From: the human T2T-CHM13v2.0 reference genome, Homo sapiens | DNA: 64,000 nucleotides | Direction: 5' to 3' (one strand) | Assembly: GCF_009914755.1 (NCBI RefSeq) | Contig: NC_060930.1 | Shown: piece by piece, positions 1-14,322 of the stretch | How the letters are laid out: the number at the start of each line of letters is the position of its first letter | Position numbering within the stretch: position 1 is the stretch's first letter | Position numbers and translations under genes: made by a program | The notes under the pieces: model-generated | Databases searched by the model: none | What the model saw: the letters and a program-made list of their open reading frames with translations, nothing else | Told to the model about the DNA's origin: nothing

Positions 1-399
1 GTGCATATCGATCCATCTTGGAGATCTTTCCTAGCCCGTACATAATCATCATTCTTATTAATGTCTGGTTATAATTCTATGGCTATATAAAAATGTGTTT
101 AACCCATCCCAATAAAAGGGATTTTTTTTTTAATCCAGACTTTCACTATTACAAATAATGTTGTATGAAACAGCTTAGTACACTTCTTTCTATCCTCTTT
201 AAGAAACATATCCAGAAGTGTTAACTTTCAGGAAAAAGTGATCACACATTCATTTTCACAGACAATGGCAAATTTTCCTCCTAATTATCCCTACCACTTT
301 ATATCCCCAAAATAGTACAGGAGAGAACTTACATCCCTACAGCCTTGACTGAGTATTTTCTTTCTGCTTCACTTTTGGAAAATATTTCCACTGGTGTTC

Positions 400-666
400 T
401 TTTTTTTTTTTTTTTTTTTTTTTTGAGATGCAGTCTCATTCTGTCACCCAGGCTGGAGTGCAGTGGTGCAATCTCGGCTCACTGCAACTTCTGCGCCCTG
501 GGTTGAAGTGATTCTCCTGCCTCAGCCTCCCCAGTAGCTGGGACTACAGATGTGCATCACCATGCTCAGCTGATTTTTGTATTTTTAGTAGAGACGGGGT
601 TTCACCATGTGGACCAGGCTGGTCTTGAACTCCTGACCTCAGATGATCCACCTGCCTGGCCCCTGG
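400..666 (-). mobile_element. AluS, 5'-truncated
   Basis: Poly(T) 400-424 then antisense Alu body; similarity stops after gatccacctgcct, so about 45 nt of the 5' end are missing. Confidence 0.95.
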
Positions 667-764
667 CATCTTTAAAATTACTAGTGAGTTCACTTTTTAA
701 GTTGCTTGGCTATTGACATTTCTATTGATAATGGTTTATTTATATCTGGAGCTCAGACCATTTG

Positions 765-1525
<761 letters not shown>

Positions 1526-1590
1526 CCTTTGCCAATTTTTTAATTGGCTTGTTTACTTATATCCTTGCCAATTTTTTTAACTGGTTTACC

Positions 1591-1890
1591 TATTAATTAT
1601 TTATTTTTTGAGATAGGGTTTTCTCTGTCACTCAGGCTGGAGTCCAGTGACATGAATGTGGCTCTGCAGCCTTGACCGCTTGGGCTCAAGTGATGCTCCC
1701 ACCTCAGCTTCCCAAGTAGCTGGGACGAGAAGCACATGCTACTATGCCAGGCTAATTTTTTTTTTTTTTTTTTAGAGATGGGGTCTTTCTATGTTGCCCA
1801 GGCTAATCTCAAACCCCTGGGCTCAAGTGATCCCTCTGCCTTGTTCCCCCAAAGTATTGGGATTGCAGGTGTGAGCCACTGTGCCCATCC
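1591..1890 (-). mobile_element. AluJ
   Basis: Diverged antisense Alu with J-type gggctcaagtgat and ctatgttgcccagg. Confidence 0.93.
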
Positions 1891-3319
1891 TGGTTTTTCT
1901 TTTTTTCCTGTTGGCATGTACTTCTTTATGAAATAAATAGAATTTCCTCTGTCGGCAGCAAATCATGAAATAAATTCCATTCATTCATCTATTCATAAAT
2001 TAGCTTAATAATTCATTATCATATGCAACTTTCACCCAAAGGCAATGCGTGGGTGTGGCTATGGGTGTGATGGGCTGGGTACACTGCAGACACTAGGAGG
2101 AATCCAAACAAACGAATCTTTAAAATCCTGTCCATAAGTGTATGAAATATTTGGCATTCAAGTTACCCTAGGAGAAGAAGATATTTTTCTCATTTTCAGT
2201 AAAGAAAAACAGAAACCTAACTTCTTGCTTCTTTCATTGGCCGAAAGGATGGTATTACAGATTTGCTTTAAGAGAAAATAATCTCAAAATCTCATCTTTT
2301 AAAATGTTAGGGTATCCCATTAAAGCCACATTTGGCAAGTCAGGTTTCATGACTGCAGATGCAAATATTTAGGTGCACACTCCCTTGGTGTGCAAACCCC
2401 GTGCACTGAGGAAGGTTTTTCTGCGAACTGCTGAAGCTGAAGCTTCAGGGCTGTTCACTTGCTTGGGCCTGTCAGGAGGTCTAGTGAGGACTGAGCAAGG
2501 TGATCACATGGCTATGTATTCCCCAAAATTTAAGAAGATATTTTCACAGCTGTTGCTTAGGACAGGTGCCCCTTTCCACTCCAGCACTGCCTCTGGTAGA
2601 AATCCCCCTGTGTCAGGCGGCCTTGGAGTGGTAATGGGTATTTGGGAAGCTGAGCTATATATGTGCAGTTTGTCTGCCATTTAGTGAGATGTGGTATGGA
2701 GTTTACAGTTATTCCTTCACTGAAGTAACATACTCCCAGGTGTTTCAGTGTAAGCATGGCTTCCAAGGATCCTCCTCGCACAGACTGTGTCCACACACCC
2801 ACCCAACGCCACGAAGTAGGGAAGATCAGAGTTCTGATATGGCACCCAGCACCTGAAACGTGTGGATGGAGAAAAAGGAAGCAGGTTTGAAGTTTAGGGA
2901 GCCAGAAGCCTGTCTGTGGATAATTCTTTCAATCATTAGATGTGCCAAGTCATAAGTGCAAGATGCGATTCTCATCAACACCTTGTCAAACAGAAGTTCA
3001 TTTTGGCCAAGAATATACTTGATAAGGCCTTGTGCATAAACACAAATGAATCATGTACGCTTTTTGTTTATTTTAATGGAAACCACTTGAGAGAGAATTT
3101 ACCGGTATTTCCACACTTGAAGTGCAGAAACCTGTAGAAATAAATACTACAGTGAATATGGCAGTTATGAAGTTGCGTGATTTATACACCCTAATGTACT
3201 AGATCATGTCTTACTGTATCGGAAACATCTCAAACCAAAGAAATCTGGGCTCCAGATGAAAATAGTACACAAATTGCCACATCCTAACAAAATGCCTGCA
3301 GAAGCAAATGCTATATTCC

Positions 3320-4066
3320 AGTGACTAAATTGCTACATTTATCTACTAATAATGAACTGCATGTAGCAATGAACAGGCCATTCAAGTATTTGCTAATTAA
3401 CTAAGAGAAATAATCATAGGGCCACATTGAAAAAAAGATTTAAATGTTTTCCTGATTTGACATGATATACTAACATTGACTAAGATAACATTCATTTCAT
3501 AATATGCCAACACAAAAGGACATATTGAAGACATATTCATTGATGAGTTTTGTCAATTGATCAAATATGTAAGCAGTCACTATGCAATAAGACTTGAAAT
3601 GCTCTGCAATCTTACACACCAGAAATAATGGAAAATTATTAGAAGTTACCTCAAATTTGAAAACAAGCCTCAAAGTTGTCATATTTCCAATAATTTGTAA
3701 AACTAAAAGGTACTTTTCAAAACCATCAATAATAAAAATAAATTGTAATCGACTATGCTTGGAAGACTAAATTATTTTCTATTCTTTTTATACAAAGCAA
3801 TACAATAAAAGTCATATGCCAAGAGGCATATGACCAAAAATCATAGGAAAAAGAGTATTAAAGGGAATATCACACAGCAAGAAAATTGAAATATGTTATT
3901 TTTCTAAAAGTATGATTTTCCTGGTATCTACTGAATTTTTAAAATTTATAATCTGTTGTAATTTTCTTATTATCAATTATAGTAATACTTCTGCATTCTG
4001 TTTCTTAAAGAAGGTCTCCCAAATGGTGTAATTTAAGATCCCCACAAAATCTGAACTTGTCTCTGC
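3320..4066 (+). mobile_element. hAT-Tip100 DNA transposon remnant (Zaphod/MER115-like), transposase C-terminus plus 3' end
   Basis: From 3642 translates EVTSNLKTSLKVVIFPIICKTKRYFSKPSIIK, then after a frameshift NKL*STMLGRLNY, matching the hAT dimerisation motif (ER.FS.L..IK...RSTM...RL); ends ccccacaaaatctgaacttgtctctg. Confidence 0.65.
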
Positions 4067-4379
4067 TTAGTTAAGCACCTCCTCAGGACCCCTTGGCCTC
4101 GTCAATATTTCCAAAATCCTTCTGGTCTGGGCTGCTCATGGCCATGTCCCTTTCCAGGAAGTGTCCTTGTCAAACTCTCAAGAGATTTAACTTTAACCAA
4201 GTTAGTCCTGGGTTTACCCGGCCCTCATCCCCACTCAAGGGACTTTTCAGCATGGAGCTTCCGCTCTACTCCCAAGCTTGAATGAAATCTCTTGATCTTC
4301 TGGGCATGGGGTTTTGCTTCCTGGGCAAGTGCAAGGAAATGTGATGTGAACTGGAAATGCGAGGGTGTCTGCTCCCCCC

Positions 4380-4731
4380 GGGACACACCTTCATCCATAG
4401 TAATGGGAGACAGGAGGATTCTGGGTAAACAAAGGCCTCCTTCCCTTCTCCTTGCCTTCAGAGGGCTGGTCCAAGTTGTGGTTTCTTCCTTGCAAATTTT
4501 CACTAAGAGTCCTCTGTGTCATACAAACACACCTGCTAAGGACCAACTGTGGCTCTTTAGGGCCCCTGAAGCTGCGGCCGGCAAGAATGCTTCGAGTTGC
4601 TTCTCATGTTTCCTTGCCTTTATTCCCCTCTATTTTTCACCCTAGCCATCCCGGGCTTCCACCTTCCAAAGAAAGTGTCAGCTCTCACTCTTGCCTCAAG
4701 CTCTGCTCTCTAGAGGACCCTGGCTAAAATG
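4380..4731 (+). mobile_element. ERVL LTR33/LTR16-like fragment
   Basis: Terminus cttgcctcaagctctgctctctagaggaccctggctaa resembles the LTR33 end; left boundary is a guess. Confidence 0.45.
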
Positions 4732-6163
4732 CAAACCATCTAACAGAAATTAAAAAGCCTGGCAATCTAGCAGGTAGGAGCCCTCATTACTGTAGCTATT
4801 ATCATTACCACGAAGATTCATACCAAAACATGTCAGTACGGATGACCTTGGGTCACTGCTCTGAAATTCAATACAAGGAATTAGAGAAATGAATGAAATT
4901 CATGTAAAAAGTAGAAAAATCATATTTAAGACAAATTTTAAAACAAAAGAAAATTAAAAATAAATTATTAGCTTGGAAAATGATAGCATAAAAATGAGCT
5001 TTATTTTGATAAGCTCCATTTTGGGTTAAGCTTGATAAATACAAAATACAATACATGCATCTATTTATACACACATAGGCATATGATGACTATAGCAAAA
5101 ATAGTATATTTCTGCTCATCCTTGCAGAAAACCCATTAATGTACAAATGCAAAAGTGAAGGTTTCTAAAAGTTCTATTTGTGGACGTCTGCACCCGTGTT
5201 TTATCCATTGCCATTTTTCTCCTATGGAAGGAGGTGACCAACCCATCTCAGACGCAGGACAAGCTTCCCTGTTCCACCCAGTCAGTTCTAGACAGATGGC
5301 CACAATACACATTTTTGAATCATGCCAAAACAAAGATTGAATCTGGCAGAGGCTTTAACCCATAACTTCTTTTCCCAAAGACATTAAATACATTTGCTTG
5401 GTATCCTTTCTGACAGCACCAATTCAACAGAGAGGCATGTAGGAACGGACACGCTGAGCGAGTTTTAGAGGAGAAAGTCAGGCAAATATGCATGATCGAA
5501 ATAGCCTCCCAAACAGGAAGACTTATGTTCTTCTCTCTTCTGGAAATCTAAATCCCATAGTGTGTAATTTTGATTTGCATTGGCAGGACAAGAATATAGC
5601 TCAATAAGATGACACAGCACCACGTCCAAGTGTACACCTCATACCTGCTCTTCACAATGGGGAGGCTTAATTGTAGGTAGGGAATGAGCTTGGAGGACTA
5701 TGACATATATAAAATGAGCCAGGAAAATTCTGTCTGCCTAACTTACATGGATTCATGGCCAAACTGTTCTCCTTTAATTAACACATCTTTTCACATCTCA
5801 GATAAGGGGGTCCTTACAACACCACATTTCTTCCCACTCACACTTAATCACAGTGAGCACGAGCTATGGAAGGGGCTCTGTTCATCTGAAGACCCTGAAG
5901 ATGCTGTCTTTTTCACATGTTGTTTTCCTCTCAGATCAGAGGTAGTCTAGGGAACTGAGATTTCCCAATGGGTTTGAGTTTTACTGCAATTACCAGAAGG
6001 CTATTGAAAGATGGGTTTTTAGAATCTGAGCAAATTATCACTGCAGGTAGGTATTCAGAGGATACATGTATCTATATAACTGTGGCATTGAATTTTTAAA
6101 AAATATAATCATTTTAGACTAGAAATTAGGGCTCTACCTTGTATTCACCTCAATTGATTTTAC

Positions 6164-6484
<321 letters not shown>

Positions 6485-7303
6485 TAGTCCACTTGCTCAA
6501 ATTTGGAAACTAAAAGACAACAGAATTCTATTTCTACCAAGTTTTATTGACTATTTAGTTACCAGCTTTACTGATCACAACCAAGTTTACTAACTGACTT
6601 TGCCTTTTCTAGAGTGCCACCGTTCTGCTCATGAATTTGAAATTATACTGGTTTTCATGCACTTATTACATACATAATTATTCTGTGTGATGAACAGCTC
6701 AAGACCTTAGGAATAAAGGAATAAAAGACCTCTGTGTTTTGAAAATAAGAATCTGAATAAATAGAAAGATTCCCTTTCAATCAAATCTTATTTACCACAC
6801 AACTTGTGAGTAACCTGCAAAATACTGTAGGCAATAACAGAAGTAACAGACCCTGCTCCTTTCCTCAAAGAATTCAAAATTTAGTCAATTAAGCCAAATA
6901 AAGCCTTACCAGTAACTATTTAGCTTAATAATTTCTTGTTTTTCTGGCACTTTCAGAAAATGAACCCTACATAAAGCACCAAAATATTTTTAATCTTATT
7001 TGAGTGAATCTTTGATGTGACATCCTGTTCCCAAGAGTATTACAAATACGACTCTGTGGTTCAGGGTCTTCACGGCAAACAGTGATGCACAACAGCACGG
7101 CAGACCCTTGGGAGCAATCTAGTGCTGGCTGCTTCCTGTGGGCCCCCCGACCTCACGCCACTGTGCTTCTGCCCAAAGGGGCTGCTGGTTTGCTTTTCCT
7201 GCCCCTCCCACAGGCGTCAGCTCTGCTTCCCGCCCCTCTGTTTCTCACTGGCTGCCTCTCACTGTGCTGTGTTGAGAGAGGGCACTAAAGAATATGCAGA
7301 ACA

Positions 7304-8089
<786 letters not shown>

Positions 8090-8877
8090 CTAGGCTTTTG
8101 GCGGTTTTCACTGATCTTTAGGCTCTCTGTGCTCCCTGCGGTCTAAGGATCAGACAAGCGGGTTATGTCAGACTGACATGAATTGAAACAGGTTTCCTGA
8201 GGTCTCTTTGGCCTAGAGAGCCCTGCTGGTGGTCTTGCCCCCTGCCAGGTGGATACTAACGCTCAGGAAGCCACTCTCAGGATGCAGCCTCTGGGTAGGC
8301 CCCGCAAAGGCCTCCGCAGAAAGCTTTGTGGACAGACGCCCCTGCAGGATGCCCCGGAGAGCAAAGAAAGCAAAGGGAAGCTGCAGCCCAGCTCCTCCAC
8401 TCCCAGAGCCTGGTGAACATGTGCTCTGAAGGCACCAGAGCTTCGGGAACCTGTGTATGAGGACCCCAAGTCTTTAACCTTCATGCCACTTAGCACTAAA
8501 TGCCAAAAAAAAAAAAAAAAAAAATGTCAATACAAGAACCAAGGATGGGAATATAACATATGTAGCAAGTGAACAAGTTTGCAGAGCTAGGGATCTGCCT
8601 CTCGCCATGTCCGTAGCTTGGCCGGGAGCTGGGTCATATTCATGTTGGTGCCCTGCTTCGGCTACACTGGCCCCTTTGTCCCTACTACCATCTCTCTTAT
8701 TCACCTCCCACAGCAATTTGTACAGGTTACACCTTACTGTCCCACTTGTAGGGCGAGGTCAGTAAGGCTCAGCAAGGTAAAAATCAATTTGCCCAAAACC
8801 ATGCCCCACAGTTAAGGACTGGGGTTGCCCCTCTGGCCCTGGAACCAGAGTCTCTGCTGCGTGTTCCTGTCTCCTAG

Positions 8878-9206
<329 letters not shown>

Positions 9207-9287
9207 CGCCTTTGTTTTACTAATAACAAGGTGTCACTGGGTCACTGCTACTTGGCGCAAGGCATTTTTTACATTTATTAGATTTTC

Positions 9288-9430
9288 CTTTTTAAATTGA
9301 AACATAAAAATTGTATATATTCATGGTATACAACATGGTGCTTTGATATATATACCCATTGTGAAACGGCTACATCAAGCTAATTTAGCTAACAAATGCA
9401 TTACCTCACATACTTATGATTTTTTACTTA
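9288..9430 (-). mobile_element. L1MA-type 3' end fragment
   Basis: ttgtatatattcatggtatacaacatg...atcaagctaatt...gcattacctcacatactta. Confidence 0.75.
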
Positions 9431-9749
9431 TGATTTTGTATGATTTTTTAACTGAAGAATAAATACAAACTCCTTAGCATGGGATTCTGTTTGCTTTGTC
9501 CGCAACCTCCTTCTAATGGCATCCAGCATACCAAGGAGAAGAAAGAGGTGCAGCCTGGAGAGGAAGATGGCCAAAAGTCTCCCTTTCCTATGACCCTGCT
9601 CCCCAACCACAGCAAGGGACCAGGTCATCAAAAACACAGGCTGGCCAAGCTCCACATTCTGGTTCATCTCACTGTTATCCAGATCCCTTTTTATCAACAG
9701 GAAACATCAGCTCTGCAGTAACGGTTATATGGTCCTGTAAGAACCAAGA

Positions 9750-9840
9750 AAGAGCAGCTAACTGGCCCATAAAGGGGATTGAACTCACATACTCAGCCTC
9801 ATTAGGAACTACTTTCTAACCAAGAGATGCAAACAACTGG
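9750..9840 (-). mobile_element. tRNA-Ile-derived SINE head (MamSINE1-like)
   Basis: Minus strand reads ttggttagaaagtagttcctaatgaggc...gagttcaatcccctttatgggccagttagctgctct: degraded tRNA-Ile(AAT) homology followed by a SINE-type gttagct continuation. Confidence 0.6.
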
Positions 9841-10996
9841 AGAAACATACAGGTGGTCTGCAGTTTCCACTTACAGCATTAGCAAAACAAAACACAATGA
9901 AATAAAAATAAAAGCCCTGTATTAAGAAGTGACCTCTATCCCAAGAATGATGTTGATTGGATGTGAAGCTGTTATTTGTCCAGATGTATTTCTAAGTACA
10001 TGTGACATGTCAGCTGCTTACAGATCATCGGCTTCCTCCTCACATATCCAGCACAAAATCAACACGAAGTGACAGAGGGAAGAAACAGCATTGTCTTGTG
10101 TTCTGCTTCCAAAACCACCTTGACAAGTCAACTGACAGCAGAAAAATCCCAGGCTCCGTGGAGGTTCCCGATTTTCATAACATTAGCCATGCATTTCAAG
10201 GAAATGCATTTCAAGATGATCAACGGTGAACTTGGCGAGGGAGCACTGGTTCTGTGCAGAAGCAGCAGAAATGTTCTTTGCCTCTCTTAACATTTTGTGG
10301 ACTCTTACTGTCCAGTCTCATGAGTGGGAATTTAAGTGGGAATGAAATGTAATCTGGGTGGATTCCTTTAATCATATTGTGCAGGTAAATGTCAGCTGGC
10401 TTGGTACCCTATTCAGAATCCAGAAAAAATAAGAGGTTCAGGGAGGGAAACAGGGAGAGGAGGCAGAAGGAAGAGGGTCTGCCACAGCCCTTTCCTACTA
10501 CAACACAAGTCTGTTCCTGGTCCAAGTCCCTGCAGAGAAGGCTTCCAATAGCAGCAGCCACTTTGGGCCATGCCAAATGACTGGGGAGCCACAAGGGCCT
10601 CTTGGGACTCCCTCAGGAAGGCCCCCACGCTCCAGGATCCAGCAACTGTCTGGCTGTCTTGTTTCTGTCCCCATGTGGAAGTTTCTCCCATGTAGGATTG
10701 GATACATTTACCAACTGGACACATTACTAGATTCACATGTTCTTCCTTTTCAAGTCATTAGTGCCCCATTATTTACTCTTGACACTTTTCAATTAGCAAC
10801 CATTTCTGCAAAAGAGCAACTTCAAGAGAAATGCAAATGTATATTAGGGATGCCTGATGTTTTAAAACTCAAAATAAGCATAGCTTTATGGGGACCCATA
10901 GAACCACGTATTTTGAAAATATCTTAGTACTTTCTTGAATAGAAGTATGGTCATGAGAATAATAGCGTTGTTTTTCAGATGGTAAACATCAATATC

Positions 10997-11301
<305 letters not shown>

Positions 11302-11408
11302 TCAATATCAGTGTATACCCGCGGAACTGTAATACAGGCCGATCCCTAAGGCCTCCATGGTGTCTTACAGCCACACAGTGTGACACAGTGACATGCGCCA
11401 TCCTGGAG

Positions 11409-11637
11409 CAGGGCATCTCACCCTCCCCATTCTCTACGGTCTGTCTGGAGAAAGCTTTGTGGCGGCGCCTGTGCCCTGCAGGGTCTCCAGCAGCATCCCC
11501 GCTCCTGCCCACTAGATGCCAGCAGCCTTCTCCTACTTGGGACGACCAACTATGACTCCAACCATTGCCGAATGTCTGGCTGAGGGTGGGAGGTGATAGT
11601 GAGTGTCCCCCCATCCCCGGCCGATTGAGGAGCAGTC
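11409..11637 (-). mobile_element. MER20 (hAT-Charlie)
   Basis: cagcatcccc...cccactagatgccagcagc...gacgaccaac...cattgccgaatgtc matches the antisense MER20 core. Confidence 0.75.
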
Positions 11638-13607
11638 CTAGAGGTATTACTATGATCCCCAGGCTGCAGTCAATAGGAAGCCTCATGAGACACACATACT
11701 TGCCCAAGGTCACATACAATTAGTTCACTGTAGACAATGCAACGTCTACTGTGTGCTATGGAACAACCGGGAGGAAGGAGACGGAGCCCGCTCTAAGAGA
11801 TGGTGCCCACTCTAAGAGCCCCCTTTTCTGATTGAGCTGGTAGCACAGAAAATGTCTTATAAAGCCAGGGCAGCCTAAGAAGCCGTGATCCCTGGAATGG
11901 GGCACCGCCAGATACAGTCTCCGGGTGGCCAAATGACTTCTCGTCACTGAAGTGCTTGCCCGGAGGCCTGAGCGATTTCCTAATCCTCTTGCTTAATGTC
12001 TTCTGAAAGGCTCATTTTAATAAGGGAATGAAGCTGTTTTAAGATAAGTTAGGTAGCTTATAATATGAAGTGCTAATCCCTAGCCTAGAAAAACGCAAAA
12101 GAAAAGGTTTTGACTAAATGTCTCTAGCTATAACCTGATGCTGTTCTAGGACCATTAGCATTTTTTTTTCCCTGGGCTGCCTCAGTCTTGACACTTCCTT
12201 ATCTCTCTTCATTGGTGCGAACAATACCTGAGCTCTCCCTCACAGCAGCCGTCTCCCACAGACTCCCCTCGGATGTCCGGGTGGGCAGGTGGGGATGGAG
12301 TGAGCAGATCGGGGTTGGAGTTTGGTTATGCAACCATTGAGAAGTGAGATGAGTCTGCAGCTTCTGCCTCACTGTATGGATAAGTAAGTTGTTGTGTCCG
12401 AGGCTAGCACCCACGACAGTGGACACAGAGGTGGAGAAAGGGTATATGGGAAGCAGCACTCCAGCTCTGTTCCTATCCCATGGGTCCTGAAGGAGCCTTT
12501 CGGTTTCCTACTAGATCTTACCTAGAACTATTTAGATTATACATGTAGTTTTGCAGTAAACCTAGCAACTTAAAGGAACTCATGATTCGTTTTTTATTTT
12601 GGAAGCTATGTCTCAGAATCTATGGGAAACCAATTACTTAGAAAACATGGAACTCTGGACTTTTTAATTGATCAAACACTAAAAGACAGTGAGCAAAAGT
12701 CCCAACCTAAGACAGCGGCACAGACATCGTGTAAGAGCAGCCGCTGGGATTCAGGGTCTCCAGCACACAGTGAGGAGAGGCCATGTCTCAGCTTCTCCAT
12801 CCACTCAGTCAGATCATAAAACTGACCAGTTTTATGCACTGATCTAGGAGCCGAGAGGTTTGCTGTATAAATGCAAAGTAGTAATCCAAACACTTCTCCC
12901 TTAGTCGGTCTACACAGCCAAATAATCCCCCTCCAGAAAGGCAGTGGGGAAAAGCTCCTTCTTCCTTTGCAGGTAGAAGGCCTCACACATTCTCACTCTT
13001 AAACGGGTCAGGCTTCTAAGGCTTCCCATGGACCATATCTAATTTACAGGAAAAAGACTAGAGTACACAGCCCTGGTCTCCACAGTTTCAAAATAGCCTG
13101 CGGTAACTAGGCATTGTTATTATTTACCAGTTCTTATCCATAACTTGTTTGGGAAATTGTAATAAACTGATGCTCCGTTTGAATAACACCATCAATGAGG
13201 TAAGATACTTTATAATTATTCTTCTACCTGGGGAACACGCTCATTAGGAACAAGCCGGCTGGAAGCTTCAGATTGTTACATTGTAGACACTGCATTCTGC
13301 AAATTGCTGGAAGCACTGGGTAGAGGGAGGTTCATGTGTGAAAAATGAGGATGATGATATCCACAGGCAGAACAGTTTGAGGGTTTCAGAGAATGCAAGA
13401 AAAGCTGATGCTACACACGCCCTGGCTCTCAGGGTGGCTGCGATGGGAGGGGTCCCTCCCAGGCCAGGGCAACCATTCTGGGAGACAGCAAGTTTGCCTT
13501 GTTGTACCATTGCCTGCCTGGGATTTAAAGAAGGTCTGTGGGATGAGCCACCCCACCTAGCTACGTGATGACTGAACATGTAGCAAATAAGCCTGTGAGC
13601 ACCTCCA

Positions 13608-13632
13608 CCCCACCCCACCCCGGAGCACCCCC
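13608..13632 (-). other. Putative G-quadruplex / CACCC-box cluster
   Basis: Minus strand GGGGG-TGCTCC-GGGG-T-GGGG-T-GGGG. Confidence 0.6.
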
Positions 13633-14303
13633 GTCAGCAGGCAGAGCTTGGCCTATACTCACTAGGCATCATTTCTGCCCGCTGTGGCCAAGTCACTCTC
13701 CAGGGTAAGTCCGTCTCTTACTGATTTCACTAATTCTTTCTCCCCTCTGGAGTTTCAGGATACTGAAAACTACTCAGCAAATTCTTTAAAATCTGAAATA
13801 CGACAGGAGTTAAATATGCTCTAAGGAAAAGGGGGAATCATTTTTATTTAGTATTTTCAAATAAATTAAAGACCTGGCTTATTTAACCCACAGGATGGGA
13901 TGCTGTGACTATCACCAATCCATGGGGCAAAAGGGAACTGACTTGAGCGTATGGTGAGAAGGAAGGGGGGCTTCCTGGGGCAGGGAAAATTGGAAAACAG
14001 ATTCACGCAGAACCCCCACTCCACACCCCCTGGGAAACGTGCTTACCCCACTCTTCCGTACCCTTGTTTAATCTGTGACATTGTGATTGAAATTTGTCAC
14101 TCTGGGAGTTACATCTGATGTTACAGCCTGCAGCGGAGCTAAACCAAAATAAACAATCTGCTCTATTCTGCTTAGACTAATACGACAGTGATGTAAGGCC
14201 CGAGACACTGGCAGCGGCAAAATGCTTTTCCCACACCGCATGCTGCAGCTGGGCCCCATGCGTTTCCACGCCGGGGATAGGCGGCACCGGCTTATCCACG
14301 CAT

Positions 14304-14322
14304 GGGGAGGGTTGGGGAGGGG
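14304..14322 (+). other. Putative G-quadruplex
   Basis: GGGG-A-GGG-TT-GGGG-A-GGGG. Confidence 0.65.

Noticed and set aside
9763-9835. Functional tRNA-Ile gene
   Set aside because: Too degraded for a cloverleaf and continues into SINE-like sequence
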